Notes: generated by a model from the sequence alone, not told the origin. A stretch of DNA of 64,000 nucleotides from the human T2T-CHM13v2.0 reference genome, Homo sapiens (GCF_009914755.1 NC_060946.1), one strand, 5' to 3'. Shown: positions 28,830 to 45,124, counted from the stretch's first letter. Program-made: numbers and translations.

Positions 28830-31180
28830 AGGGATTGGCCTATTTCATCTAAGTTGCCAAACTTATGTGCACAGAGTTGTTCGCAGTATTTCCCTAGCAT
28901 CTTCTTAATGTGTGTGGGATCAGTAGTGATATCCCCTCTTTCATTTCTGATTTTGGTCATTTGTGCCTTTCTTTTTTTGTTTGTTAGTCTGCTAGAAGTC
29001 TGTTACTTCTTTTTGTTGGGTTTACTTTGTTCATCTTTTAAAAAAAATTTTAGAGACCTTTCCTCTTTTCTGATATAAGCATTTGATGCTGTAAATTTGC
29101 CTCCAAGCACTGCTTTAGCTGCATCCTACAAATTTTTATATATTGCATTTTTATTTTCAGTCATTCCAAACCAGTTTCTAATTTTCCTCGAGACTTCCTT
29201 TTTCATCTGTGGATCATTTAGTAGTGTTTAATAGTAATGTTTCATTTCTAAGTATTTGGAGGTTTTTCCAGGTGTCATTCTGTTACTGATTTTTAGTCAA
29301 AAATAAATGTATTAGTTTCCTATTGCAGCTGCAATAAATTGCCACAAACTTAGTGACTTCAAACAACAAAACATACTACCTTATAGTTCTGGCCAGAAGC
29401 TTAAAAGAGGCCTTATAGGGCTAAGTCTTAGTTTTCCTTCATCTGAGAAGGTCTTTATTTTGCCTTCATTCCTGAAGGATATTTTCATTGGATATAACAT
29501 TCTGGGTTGACAGTTCCTTTCTTTTAGGACTTTAAGATGTTTCATCCTCTTCTGGCCTCTATAGTTTCTGATGGGAAATCTACAGTTACGTGAATCCTTA
29601 TTCTCCTGTATGTAATATGTTGTTTTTCTCTGACTGCTTTCAAGACTTTTTTCTTTAACTTTGGTTTTCTGTGCTTTTATTATGATATGTCTGGCTGTAG
29701 TTTTCTTTCTTTATCCTGTTTGGGGTTCACTGCATTTCTCGGGTCTGTAAATTTATGTTCTTCCCCTAATTTGGGAAGTGTTCAGCTATTGTATTTTCCG
29801 ATACTGTTTTCTGCTTCCATCTCTCCTCTCTTTCTGGGACACCTGGGACATGAAATTAGACATCAACATCTTTTGATGTTGTTCCATAGATGCTTGAGGT
29901 TTTATTCCATTTTTCTCCATTTTTGTTTTCTCTCTCTTATTTAGATTGGATAATTTCTATTGATCTATCTTTAAGTTCACTGACTCCATTGTCATCTCCA
30001 TTCTGCTGTTGAACCCCTCCAGGTAATTGTTTATTTTTTGGTTCTAAAATTCCTATTTGGTTCTTTTTTATAGCTTCTATTTTTTTTGGCTGAGAAGGCC
30101 TGTCTTTTTATTTGTTTCAAGAGTCTTTGTCCTTTCTTCTTAGAGCATGGTTATAATAGCTGCTTTAAAGTCTTAGTCTGATAATTCAAACATTTGGGTC
30201 ATCTTGGGGTTGATGTTAGTTGATTGCCTTTTCCTTTCACAGTTTATGTTGCTTAGTTCTCTGTCAAGTAATTTTGGGTTATATCCTGGACATCTTGAGT
30301 GTAATATTATGAGACTCCGGACCCTGTTTAAATGTTCTGAAAATGTTGACTGATTTTTTTTTTTTTAAACAGGCAGTCAACCCAGTTAGATTCAGATGGC
30401 ATATCCTGGCTCACTTTCTCAGCTCTGTGGTTCCGGTATCCACCCTGCTGTTGACCACTGAGGGATCAGTTTGAAACTGGGCAGTGATCTGTGCTGTGCT
30501 GATTCTAAGTGTTTTCACACATGTGCAGTTTAGGGGTGAGCCCAGGGCTTCTTATGAAGATTTAAAGGATCCCTTCTCCAGCTCCCTCTTCTCCATGATC
30601 TTCCCTATACTCTCTACTTCCCCATGTCCCCCCTTTCAGGTGTTCTGATTAGAAGGCAGTTCCCCCCTGAGGGTCCACTGTTGCTGTGCTGGTGAAGGGG
30701 GCAGGGGCTTCACCTATTTGGTGGCGCTTGGTTAGTGTAGAGTGGAAAGAGTCCACGGGTCTCCACCCCAGGGAGGCCGCTGCTTGCATCTGTGGGGAGA
30801 GGAATGGACACGTTGTTTGTGCTGGGGAAAGGTGGATAAAGCCAAAAGAGTTCAATCTACAGGATTTCTCCTTCCTGGGCTTTTGGTTAGAGAGAGCAAG
30901 CTTTTCTGTTTGGTTCTTTTTTTTTTTTCCTCTTGTCTGTGCCTGTTGGTAGTTTCAAGCTACTCTAGTGCCCATGCTGGGAGGCAAAATTCCAAAAACT
31001 GGAAAACCAGAAAAATCACTGCCAAGGTGTCCTTAAAGTCCTGCAATCTCTGCTCAGTCCTCCTGCCCTTATCTACCTTTTTGAGTCCCATGATAGAGGT
31101 TTCATGCAGAATTTGTACCTGTGGATAGTGGGAAAGGCTGTAGTGTGCTTTTTCCATCTTGCCTGGAATTGGAAGTTCCA
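28830..31180 (-). mobile_element. Old L1M (L1ME-like) fragments including ORF and 5' portions, with a short MLT1 piece at ~29310-29420
   Basis: T-rich antisense L1 motifs (GCACTGCTTTAGCTGCATCC, TTCTGGGTTGACAG, TTGGATAATTTCTATTGATCTATCTT); ends CCATCTTGCCTGGAATTGGAAGTTCC. Confidence 0.72.
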
Positions 31181-32090
31181 ACTTCTACATTTAGACGTCC
31201 TTCTCTCTGTGTGTGGTGATGTTCCCTGGGATAGACCACTACTGCCCTTAGACAGCATTCTGAGGGTGGTGGCCCATACTGATCACCTCAGCCCACCCAG
31301 TAACTTTCCTGCGGCCCCTCCCAAGACCCCCGCCCCAACAGGGCTAAGCTGATACACACACTGCGGATGCAGGCCTGCCTGCTGGGCCTTCCTGGTGTTT
31401 GTTTTTTCCAGGCAAAGCACCTCTCTCTGCCTCCTGCTGGTTTATTCAGCAGTGTCCCAGGGTTTGCTCATTGTCTGCTTTGCTTCAGACCCTTCTATCA
31501 AATTCCATTGTCTCTGTCTTAATGGTCTTTGCAGGGTAGGCATGGCCATCTGCATGTTCACTGAAGGGCCTGCCTGCATTTCCAGGGAGAGAAAGCCTTC
31601 AGGCCACTGGTGCATAAAGATCTTTGGAAATGTCCAGAAGATCCCAAACATTGCCTGTCCTGCATGCCAGGCCTCACTTGCCACCAGCCTGCTCCCCAGC
31701 CGCACATCCAGCTGTCATTTCCTAGAGAACCCATCCCACGCAGTTGTTTTGGACACATAGCGTTCCTTCAGGGAATGTGGCCCCGGGGCCACAGGTGGAG
31801 TAGAGGGCACAGTATCCCGAACCATCTAACGGGGCCCGACTCACCCTCACCATGCACCAGGCCAGTTATGGTTTCTTTCTGTGTCTTATTTCCCCCTCCA
31901 TCAAATGAGAGTTATTGTAGAAACCTTATAGTGCTGTGTTGGGATTAGCAGTAAACAGTTTGGCATGTGGTAGATGCTCGGGAAATGGAAGCTGCCCTTT
32001 TTTCCTAATGGGAAAGAAGGGATTTTGTTTTTGAGACAATTCCCTTCCTCTGCTGCTGCATAGGGACACCTGGGTGCCTTTCTAAAATTA

Positions 32091-32430
32091 GACCAGGGCA
32101 TGGTGGCTTGCTCGTAATCCCAGTGTTTTGAGAGGCCAAGGCGGGAAGATCACTTGAGGCCAGGAGTTTGAGACCAGCCTGGGCAACCTAGTGAGACTCC
32201 GTCTCTATAAAAAAATAAAATTAGCTGGATGTGGTAGTGCACGCCTGTAGTCCCAGCTATTCAGGAGGCTGAGTCAGGAAGATTGCTTGAGCCCCAGGAG
32301 TTTGAGGCAATGGTGAGCCATGTTCATGCCACTGCACTCCAGCCTAGCCAACAGAGCAAGACCCCGTCTCATAAAATAAAATAAAATAAAATAAAATAAA
32401 ATAAAATAAAATAAAATAAAATAAATAAAA
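32091..32430 (+). mobile_element. AluJ with (ATAAA)11 tail
   Basis: Dimer; pure pentamer repeat at 32371-32425. Confidence 0.92.
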
Positions 32431-34379
32431 TACCAACAGCCTGTGCTGGCTGGAGCCATGGTGTTAAAAGGCCCATGGACTTGGGCCATGCCTGAGCTGG
32501 CTGTGCTCTGCCTGCCACTTAGGCTGCCCCTCCCTGACCCAGCTTGTGTGGAGGAGGCATGGAATCCTACAGGAATGTGAAGTTCATCCTTCCCTGGATA
32601 CTTGGGCACCATCTGGCCAGGCTCATGGAGCAAATGGGCCTGTGAGTTATGTCCCCACCCGTGCCTACGCCCAACCTTTATGCCCCGTTTTTAGTGGGAG
32701 AATTTTGTTTGGAGCTGCAGGTGTTGGGGGGTGGCACGTCTCAGGCTTTGGGGTCTTCCTGTTCTCTTTCTTGGCCCTGCTCCACTCCTTGGTTCCCCTG
32801 GCCCTGTCTTGCCTGCCTGTTAACTTTGGGTACCCTCAGCCTGTCCCAAGGCAGCTCATCCCTCAGGCCCTGCCCTGTCTTGTCTCTCCAGCCTCCCAGC
32901 CCAGGGGCTTGCTCTCCATGTAGTAACTAATACCTTAGTGTGATCCTCTAATTTTCTGTTGCTTTCTTGCTTCCATGGTTGTTGGAAGCCTGGAGACCCA
33001 GTGTTTGGCCAAGGACAGGGCCTGCTGGTTTTAGAGCTCCTGGCCCAGTAGGGATGATAGGACCCAGGACCCCAAGTGCTCTAGGCAGGCACTGTTCTGG
33101 GTGCTGTAAAGCACGGTGCCTAGCACCTCACAGGGACTCGGGGTGTCCTGGCTGACCAGCCGAATCCACTTTTTATTGACAAGAAGCCTGGGTCCCAGAG
33201 ACATTAAGTAACGTGCTAAGGTCACCCACCTGGGCAGTGGTAGGGCTGGGTTTGAACCAAGGTCTGCACTGCCCAGCTCATGAATTCTGCTGCTTGGGAG
33301 CCAGCAGCACTACTGGCACAAGGGTAGGGGGACCTCAGGCCTGTCAGAGAGGGTGCCTGGCTCTTTGGGAGTGGGGGGTGCACCAGAGTGGGTTGGAGAC
33401 AGGACCCAGAGCACCACCCTTTACCTGACCAGCATCTTGGTGGGGTTCCCCACCTGGAAAGGCAGGACCCTGGGGTCCAACAGAGCCTATTGCAGATCCA
33501 GGTTCTGGCCCAGCTGGGATGCTCACTGGCTTCTGTGGCTTATCAGCGAGCCTACCTGCTGCACCCGTGAGCATGGGCGGCCCCATCTGCCTCCTCCTTC
33601 AGGTGAGATGGCAGGATCAGAGAGATGGAATGAATGCTGCCGTGTCGCATTCATGTAGGAAGGCCTTATTTACAAACCATCTGTAGCAGTCAGAAGGCCT
33701 GATGTGGTCAGGCCAGACCATGGAGCCCCTGTTCTGGATCCATTTGGCAAAGATGAGAGAGAAGCTGGGTTAGGCTTTGTTGGGTAAATGCAAATGCCAC
33801 ATCTGTGTGTGCACACACATAGGCTGAGACATTTTTCTGCGAGGTGGGGGATCGCATTGAGGGAAGAAAAGGTGCTCTAATAGCTTCAGCCTGGACTTGG
33901 GTCCAGAGCTTTGGATAGAAGCATCTTTCCAGACAATTGGGATCCTGTAGAAAATCTGCCCTCTGAGGCTCTTCTATGCCTTCTGTTGTGTCCTGGGACC
34001 CCTTGGCATCTCCAGGCAGAGCCTATACAGAGCATCCACATCAGAGTCCCCTGTGGGCCCCAGTGCCTGTAGTTCCATCTCCTGCCTGGATGCTCGGTTC
34101 TTGGAGCGAGCTTCCTGAGCAGCCTCTGCAGGCTCCAGGCTCTGGCAGCATCTCCACGCCACTCCTGCCGGCCTTTCTCCTGGTGGAAGCAGCCTGCGTT
34201 GCTTCTCTGCCCGGTGGTGACAGGCTGTTCTCGTTTGGAAACAGAAGAGACACCACTGCTTCCCCACACCGACTTCCTAAAACATGAGGCTCCCTTCTGT
34301 GGTGTATGTGTAAAATGCCTGGCTCTGTATATGCACGTGGTGCACGCCTGGCCCTGGGGTCTTCACATTCTTCAGAAGA

Positions 34380-34703
34380 GGCCAGGCATGGAGGCTCGTG
34401 CCTGTAATCCCAGCACTTTGAGAGGCTGAGGCAAATGAATCATTTGAGGTCAAGAGTTCGAGACCAGCCTGGCTAACATGGTGAAACCCCGTCTTTGCTA
34501 AAAATATAAAAATTAGCCAGGTGTGGGGGCTTACACTCTTGTAGTCCCAGCTATTCAGGAGGCTGAGGCACAAGAATCGCTTGAACCCAGGAGTCGGGGG
34601 TTGTTGTGAGCTGAGATCACACCACTGCACGCCAGCCTGGGTGACAGAGCGAGACCCTGTCTCAAAAAAAAAAAAAAGAAAAAAAAGAAAAAAAAAAAGA
34701 AGA
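34380..34703 (+). mobile_element. AluS
   Basis: Full dimer with long A/G tail. Confidence 0.9.
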
Positions 34704-35970
34704 ACATGGTGACTTCACCTGCCCAGGGAGGCGTGCCAGCCAGGGGCCCATGGAGAATCAGATATTCAGCCAGGGACAAGGGCATGTCAGTGGGCAGAGT
34801 GCCAGGGTGTGGGAGGCTCTCTGGGTGGTCGCTGACCAAAAACATCACTTCTGGGTTTTGTGACTCAGAAATGAGCTCAGCCTGTATACCCTGCAGATGT
34901 GATGAGCCCCAGGCCGAGTCCTCTGGGGGTGTCATTAATGGCGTGTGCATGAGCATTTTCTTCTGGCATTTTTACAGAGACCATGTGCAGCTGGACTCTC
35001 CGGAGACAGCAAACAGAAATTCTATTATGTGTCCTATCAGCTAGTAAAGGAGGGGAGCTTGCCTTGAGTTGTGTTTTTCTGCGACCCTGTGTGTTTGATC
35101 CTTGTCTGCACCCAGTTTGGCCACCCTGACCTCTGTCACTCCCAAGTCCGAGGAACCAGTGGTTATGTGAATGTGAAGTTATTTACTTCATCTGTTTATT
35201 TAGATCTGGGCCCTGGGGTGGCCCCATGCGTTGAATAAGTGTGTTCTACAGAACCCATGGTCCCTGGGTTCTGGGTGATCAGTGGCCTGAGGAGGGACCA
35301 GACTCCAGCCCGTCCTAAGGAGCTTATGAGAAGTTTTGAGGGGACTGGTGCCTGGACATGGGCTGTAGCGTAGGTGGAGTGTCGAGGAGGACCCTACACA
35401 CGGTGAGTGGGAGAAAGCACCTGGGAGAGCATCCCGCAGCCCAGGAGGGTGGTCAGGTTAAGTCACAGCAGGGATGGGGCTATCAGAATGGTGGGCTGTG
35501 AAGAACTGGGAGGGCCAAGACTCAGGGAGGCCATCTGGATGGGGAAGGTGTGAGCCGAGGCCCAGAATGGAGCACCCAGGGGACCCAGGCTGATCAGGTC
35601 GCAGCGAGCATGAGGGGACTGTGCGAAGCCATGAGCTCCAGACTCCCCAGTCGTGGGCCCTGATGCGGGGGTGTGTGTGAGCTGGAGCCGTGGGACCAGG
35701 GCCGAACCCGTGTGCTGGACAGTCTTCGGGGCCCAGACACCAAGGGCCACCCGGAGCCTACAGGAAAGTTGGGGAGTAGAGGGGCATGTGTTGTATGGAC
35801 AGAGCCCTACCATGCTTAGAGGAGTCAGGCTCCTCCCCCGACTCTGTGGCCACACATTGTCCCTCACACTCTTGATTTCTCAGCCACAGTGAGGGTGAAA
35901 ACCAGGGTCAGCTCGAGACTATGACCCAGTTCCCATTTCACCTCCTGGGTCTTCTCCAGGTTCTGTGGGG

Positions 35971-36317
<347 letters not shown>

Positions 36318-36521
36318 TAGGAGTAAGCAGCGTTTAAGTGCCTCCCTGATTAAGAGAAAGATGTATATTCCCACTGGGTGGCGAGGACATAGATGTCCAG
36401 GCCCATGTGTTCCACGGCATAATGTGGGGACTGCAGAGAGGAAGGGACATGTTTATGTCCCAGGTGAGTCATGGAATCTCAGAATATGAGGGTGTGCATG
36501 TCAGATTTTTTCAAGGAGGGG

Positions 36522-36881
36522 TGTCTTAGTCACTTCAGGCTGCTATAACAAAAATGCCATAAACTGGGTACCTTAAACAACAAACACTTACTCCTCACAG
36601 TGCTGGAGGCAGGAAGTCAGTATCAAGGAGCTGGAACATTTGGAGTCTGCCAAGGGCCCACTTCCTGGTTCTTAGCCATCTTCTTGCTGTGTTCTCACCT
36701 GGTGTGGAAAGGATGGGGGCTGTCTCTGGGGTTTCAAAAGGGCACTAATCCCCTTCATGAGGGTTCCGTCCTCCTGACCTAATCACCCCCAAAGGCCCCA
36801 CCTCTAAATACCATCACATTGGGGGTTAGATTTCAACATAGGAATTTTGCAGAGATGTGAACATTTATTCTGTGTGCTGTA
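36522..36881 (-). mobile_element. MaLR solo LTR (MST/MLT1A type)
   Basis: TGTCTTAGTC...GCTGCTATAACAAA; 5-bp TSD AGGGG (36517-21 and 36882-86). Confidence 0.87.
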
Positions 36882-39800
36882 AGGGGCATCTCAGAGTGCC
36901 ACCCCCACATCTCCAAAGCTGCTGGACCTTGCATATGGGAGCTGACTCTCTTGGGGCTGGTGTGACTCATGGCTGGAGGCCTGGCTTGTTAACCCAGCTC
37001 TGAGGTCCTCTGGGTGCCACCTCCTGCACACCAGCCAGCCAGGTGGCCTCCACGTACCTTCTGTTTCATGGAGAAGAGCTACTTGCTTAAGACAGGTTCC
37101 TCAAACCCCTGGCATCTGGTCTCAGGTGACTCTGAGCATCTCATGGCTACCTCCTCCCCACCTGCAGCCTCATCTCCACCCTGCCGCACTCTATGACTGA
37201 GCAGCACAGGGCGCCAGGGGATGTTTGTCTGCACTGCTGCTGTGTTGCTGACTTATGAGACCTCTTTGGAAGGGGCTCAACAGGTGAGGAGAGTGGTGTG
37301 AATCCACTTGTCCTAATAGACCACTCCAACTTTCTGAACATCCCAGGCTTTCCTGGTACAGTCCCCATCTTCCAGCCAAGAGGAGAGCATGGCTCAGGTG
37401 GGATTCAGGCGAGAACAGGGCAACGCACACCTACTAGCCAAGATACAAAGCACTTAATACAGGGAGGAGTCATGTGGGCAGAGCCCAGTGGGTCTGGGTT
37501 CCCCTCATGAGGACCGAGAGGGGACCAACACCTGTTAGATGTCTGCTGTGTTCCTGACGTTGGCCTGGGTGTGGGATGTGACTGGGTGTCTGTTGCTCTC
37601 CTTGGCAGGTGCCTGCCCTGGAGGTAAAGAGGCTGGGACAGTAACTTTAGGCAGTCAGCTGGGGTCTGTCTGTTAAGCAAGGAGCAGGAATCAGCCTTGT
37701 TCTCTACTGGCCTGTCTGGGAAGCGTGAACAAATTCTGTGTCTTGAATAGTACCCGAGTCAGTTGCCAGCCCTGTGCTGGCTCTGGCAGGGGGTAGCTGT
37801 GGAGGCAAGAGTGTTGGGCAGGGTGACCTGATTGAGCCAAGCTGTTATTCTTCCACCTGAGGATTTTCCAGAAGAAGTGCCAGGCTCAGAACCGGCGTCA
37901 GATACCTCTGAGAGCCTTTCCGGTTGCCACGGTTCTCCCAGGATCGTGGAGTTCTTGAAGGAAGGCCTTTTCCTGGCGTGTCTGCAGTGGCATGGTGATA
38001 TAGCCACGCCGCCCCTGTTTGTGAGTTGAATCTCTGCAGAACTCACTTTTCCCAGGAGGTGCTTTCAGAATGCAGCATACCACAGTCCTCATCAGGATCT
38101 GCTCATTTGGCTGGGCTGGCAGGTGGCTGAGTTGGCTCCCGGAGCGGGTGTCTAGCAGCTGTGCTCATGGAGGCAGGCTGGGCGTGTGAATCTCACCTCC
38201 TCCCACGGCCCCCTGGGGAAGCAGGATAGGAGCTGGGCCTGGTTCCCGAGCCTGGCCGATTGGGAGTAACAGGTGGGATCTGGACCAGGTTGTCACACCC
38301 ACAATGACAGCTGGGATTATCACCGTGGGTGGTAATTCCCACATGACAGTTTCGAGTTTCAGGTCAAGAGCTGGGTCCTCTCTCTCCTCTTGCATCTGGA
38401 CAGAGAGATCCTTGCCGGCTGGTTTTCTGGCTCGTTCCTCAGCTGTTTTCTGTGGCCTGCAGAGTTTGCAGCCCCAGGGGAGTGAGGAAAGCTCTGCTCT
38501 GGCCTGATTTTTGCTGGAGAAGAGAAATGTGGAAGTCAGGGTGGTGGCCTTTGCAGTGGGTCAGCTTTGGGCTGCTGAGACGGGCGGCGTGAAGGCCGGC
38601 TTCCAGAGCCCTGGCTGGCCTTTGTAGTGGATGAGACGGACCAGATTGCCATGCTAGGGTCACCCGCTGACCTGCAGTGGCCTGAGCAGATACATGGCTC
38701 TGCCAGATTTCCTGAAGTGGAGCCCTCAGCCTCACACTGCATCCCCCAGAAGCCAGGCAAGAGGAGGTCATAAGGTTTTTCTGGAAAGGAGCGAAAGAGT
38801 GCGCTGCTAAATGTTGCAGGTGGGAGTGCGTGAACAGGTGAGGCTTCCGGTAATTATGACAAGTGATGCTTGTGCTTCTCAGTGCCGTTTCCTCCCTCTG
38901 ATGGGGCCTGCTTGACACCTCGCAGGGAGCGTGGGTGGAGAGTGTCATTATCCCCATTTCATTGGTGGGAACATTGAGAGATGAAACGAGGAGTTTCATC
39001 TGCAGGCCCCTGGGCCCTCTGGTCATCCCGGTCATCCTGGTTGGTTTATTGTCTTGTTTTTTAAGGGGGATGATCGAAGAAAGCCTTGGAGGTAGGGTGG
39101 GGGAAGCTGGGAACAGAGGGAATTATATTTCCTTTTCCAAATACTTGTTTAAGAATGGAAGAGTTCCTGGCCACATAATCCATGTGCACAGATTTTCCGG
39201 GGGAAAATCCATTTGAGTTTAGACTTGGAGACCGTGCCACCTCCCGGTCTGTTCCTCAGGCTTTTGACATCTGCCCACACCTGGAACATCTTAAATTCTG
39301 GTGGAGAATACAAAACGTCACTCCCCTGCCCCAGCTCACCCCTAGTTCAGCCCCCCAGGATACCTGAAGTTGGGGATCCTCCTTCTTAGCTGTGGAGCTC
39401 AGGGTATGTTGGTTCCACGTCCAAACCTTCAACCTTCATCTGTAAAATGGGGTACTGATGGCTCCCTTGCAGAGGCCTGGGGATTCGAGGCAGCACTTCT
39501 GGCCCGTACCTGTTGCCATTTCTGCATGTTGTACCCCTGGCCCTGACTCAGGCTGGCGTCCTGAACACCTGTGCATCCACAACCCCATAAGCCTTCCAGG
39601 AGCACTATAGATCAGGGTGACCCAGGATTAGGCCGGGGGTGGGAATTACAGACTACCCCCAGGACTGACCCAGAGCTATACCCCTCCAGGGCCGGTGGGA
39701 ACACGAGTGGTTTTTGTGTGTGTATGTGGCTTGCAGCTTGCAAGGGGGGTGGGGGGCAGGTGGCGGGGTTGGTTCGAGTCTCAAACTGTCCTCTGTCGGG

Positions 39801-40488
39801 TCGGGTCAGGCCTCAAACTCTCCTCTGGGCCATTTCCTTCTTTTTCTCAACAGAAAGAACCCAGGCTATGGAATCATGTGTGGGCCCAGCAGGGTTCATA
39901 GGCACCTTCTCAGTCTGTCTCCAGCGTTGGGCTCTTCTGGTCCTGCCCAGCTTGTCGCTTTAGTACCTCAGTTTCCTTATCTGCATGGAAGCCCACCTGT
40001 CAGCTTGGATGAGGGGAGGAAAGCAAAGCCCCTCAGGCCCTGTGTGGGAAGGAGAGTCTGAAAGTGCAGGGGCTGTGCTCAGGAAGGAGCGCAGCTTCAG
40101 GAGGGGCTGGTTGGCTGGCAGTGTTGTGCAGGACATTCAGAACGTGACTGGGTTTCTATTCTGATTTGTACAAGCATAGGATACTCAGGTGGCTCTGGTC
40201 TGTTCTCTAGCAGGAGAGTCTGGGGTCAATCTGTAATAATTTAGCTTCTGAGCAGGTGCCCGGCACTGGAAGAGGAGAGCCCAAGAGAGCACGGATACAT
40301 TGTGTGGCTGAAGGGGGCAAGGCCCTGGGCTGCCTCCTACTCTGACCTTGTGGGCCTTGGTGTCTGCTCTTCCCCTCTGTCTGCCACTCTGAGTCTGGAA
40401 TGTGGCAGTGATATGGGTGTTGTGGGCACTCCTGGCATGTGGGCAGCTCCTCAGTGCTGGTGTCTGAGCTCCACAATGACTTCATTCA

Positions 40489-41130
<642 letters not shown>

Positions 41131-41174
41131 ACTGTACTTCTATTCTTTTGTTTTAAATTTCAGAGCCTGGCTGA

Positions 41175-41177
<3 letters not shown>

Positions 41178-41222
<45 letters not shown>
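41178..41222. repeat. (GT)~22 microsatellite
   Basis: Direct reading. Confidence 0.97.
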
Positions 41223-41223
<1 letters not shown>

Positions 41224-41247
41224 TGTCTATGTGTGAAAATATACATA

Positions 41248-41557
41248 GGCCGGGCGCGGTGGCTCACGCCTGTAATCCCAGCACTTTGGGAGGCTGAGGC
41301 GGGTGGATCACGAGGTCAGGAGATCGAGACCATCCTGACTAACACGGTGAAACCCCGTCTCTACTAAAAATACAAAAAATCAGCCGGGCGTGGTGGCGGG
41401 CGCCTGTAGTTCCAGCTAATCGGGAGGCTGAGGCAGGAGAATGGCGTGAACCCAGGAGGCGGAGCTTGCAGTGAGCCGAGATAGTGCCACTTGCACTCCA
41501 GCCTGGGTGACAGAGCGAGACTGTCTCAAAAAGAAAAAAAAAAGAAAAAGAAAAAAA
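41248..41557 (+). mobile_element. AluY
   Basis: Near-consensus AluY; perfect TSD GAAAATATACATA at 41235-47 and 41558-70. Confidence 0.95.
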
Positions 41558-41559
41558 GA

Positions 41560-42030
41560 AAATATACATAACATGTACTGTTTTAGCCATTTTTAAGTGT
41601 GCGGTTCAGTGGTATTCAGTACATCCACATTATCATACACCTGTCACTACTGTCCATCTCCAGAACTTTTTCATATTCTCCACACTGAAACTCCACTAAA
41701 CGCTAACTCCCTCCTCCCCTCCTGTCCAGCACCTCACAACCCCCTTTCTACTTTCTGTCTCTATGAATTTGACTACTCTAGGAACCTCATATACGTGGAA
41801 TCTTACGGTATTTGTTTGTTTGTGCCTGGCTGATTTCACTTAGCATAATGTCCTCAAGGCCTATCTCAGTCAGCGTGTGTCAGAGTTTCCTTCCTTTTTG
41901 AGGCTGAATAATACTCCTTTACATGTATGTGGCACGTTCTGGTTTTCCACTCATGCATTGATGGATGCTAGGGTTGCTGCCACCTCTTGGCCATTGTGGA
42001 TGGCGCTGCTGGGAATGTGGTGAATGTGCA
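41560..42030 (-). mobile_element. L1MB 3' end
   Basis: TTTTAAGTGTGCGGTTCAGTGG, TCTATGAATTTGACTACTCTAGG. Confidence 0.82.
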
Positions 42031-42879
42031 CCTCCTCTCCTAACCTGCCCCAGGCATCCTTCAGAAGCGGGGCAGCCCAAGACCGAGATGGGGGAAGAAG
42101 GTGGTTTGCCTGCCCTCCCAGGCTTGCTGGGTGTCTGCCCGTGGCTGGGCCCTGGCCCCGGGCTCAGGGTGGTGACCGCCAGCAGGGGGAAGTCCCTCTT
42201 CCTGCCATTCCCCCCCGACCAACCCTCTGTATTTCCTCTTTGGAGGGGCAGTGAGTGGGAAGGGAGGACCCACAGGTGTGCAGCGGCCATGGCCCGCATC
42301 CTGGCTGAGCACCTTTGCTGGTGTGGAGGGACTCCCTCCAGTCACTTTCAGACCTCACTCCCCATGCTGCTCCCACACCAGGGCACTGTTCCCACGCCAT
42401 CCTCCTTTGAAGGGCACTACCCATCTTCCCTGTCTTGCCCCTTCCCACCCTCTTCCCAGGGACTTTTCTGGTCAGTTCCCTGCTGCCAGGTCTATACCTC
42501 AGGGACTAGAAGCTCAGCATCCCCTCTGCTCTTCCTCCTTTTGCCTTTGTCCTCTTAGCCAGACCCAGGCTCACTGTGCGTCAGTGCCCCTGCCTGCGTT
42601 TTTCTACCAACACCAGGCCTACCTGGAGTGACCATCGCAGAAGCCCCCAGCCCTGCCCCACCTCCAGTGCCACACTCAGATGTGCTGCCAGAACGTCACC
42701 TGTCTCCCTGCAGCCTCTAGGCTCCCCTCTTGTTCCAGACCCAGACATCTCCTAAATGGAGCCCAAGTCCTTGGCCTGAAGCCTGAGGCTCCCCACAAAA
42801 TCACCCTCTTCCTCTCTCTCCTCTCACTGCCAGCCTGTATCCCCTTTCCCAGCCGTACCCCCTTTCCCAGAGACCACTT

Positions 42880-43390
42880 CCAGCCCCCCTTAGCTCTTAG
42901 TGGCCTCTGGCTGGATCTAGAAACCAAACTGACACCAGGTACATTAACAAGAGAAAAGCACACAAATGTCATTAGTTTTACAGGTGCATGGGAAACTTCA
43001 CCAGAGTCAAGTCCAGACAAGTGGCCGAAGCAAGATGCTTTATCCTTTTTCGATAAAGAACAATAAGTTTGAGAAGTGGCAGGACAAGGGGGATCTGGCT
43101 AGGGGCAGTAAATTCTTGAGCAGTCACTGGGAGATATATGAGGGGTGTAAACCTGGTGGAAGATAAGGGTTACTTTGTTAAAGCATATTTATTCAGGCCC
43201 ACTGCAGCCCCCGATTCCATCTCAGGTGATAAGGGCTATTTTCTCCCCTGGTTCAAGGAAGACACCCCTCCCAGAGGAATCTTTATGGCTTGCTGAGTAT
43301 AGCAAGAAACAGGTCAGCTAGCCCTTTCTGAAGCTGCAGCTCGAAGTCAGTGTAGCCATCCGGTGTATTTTGGGATGGCACGTCCTTCAC
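42880..43390 (-). mobile_element. ERV1-class solo LTR (MER31/MER34-like; family uncertain)
   Basis: AACTGACACCAG...ATTAACAAGAGAAAAGCA and TATTTTGGGATGGCA motifs typical of this LTR group. Confidence 0.55.
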
Positions 43391-43922
43391 TCTTTCCCAG
43401 CCTTTCTGCATTTGTAAGCCCCAGGAAAGCCGGCAGCTGAGTCAGCCTGAATCCCTCCATGGGGCGTCTTTGCAGCTCCCTGCCCCTGCTGGTTGAAGGC
43501 TCTGTTGGTCGCATTCTTCTCTCTCACAGACTCTGCCCCTCCAAAGCCCTTCCAGCCCTCTCCTGGGGGCTGGGTTATCTCTGTCCTCAGACTCCATGGC
43601 ACCGAGTTCAGGCCATGTCTTAGTGTCCTGTGGCTTCCTTAACAGAATGCCACAAGCTTAGTGGCTTACAACAACAAACATTTATTCTCTCCCAGTTCTG
43701 AAGACTGAAGTCCCACATCAAGGTGTCCGCAGGGCCAGGCTGTCTCTGGAGGCTCTAGGGGAGGATCCTTCCTTTCTGTTCCCAGCATCTGATGGCCCAC
43801 GGCATTCCTCGACCTGGTGACAACATCTCTCCAGTCCCTGCCTCCGCCTTCAAATGGCCTCCTGTATGCCTGTGTCTTCTGTCTCTTTAAAGATATTTGT
43901 CATTGGATTTAGGGTCCATCAG

Positions 43923-45124
<1,202 letters not shown>

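Noticed and set aside
41975-41995. CTCF-like CCAAGAGGTGGCAG on the minus strand
   Set aside because: Imperfect match that derives from L1MB consensus-like sequence; no other support.
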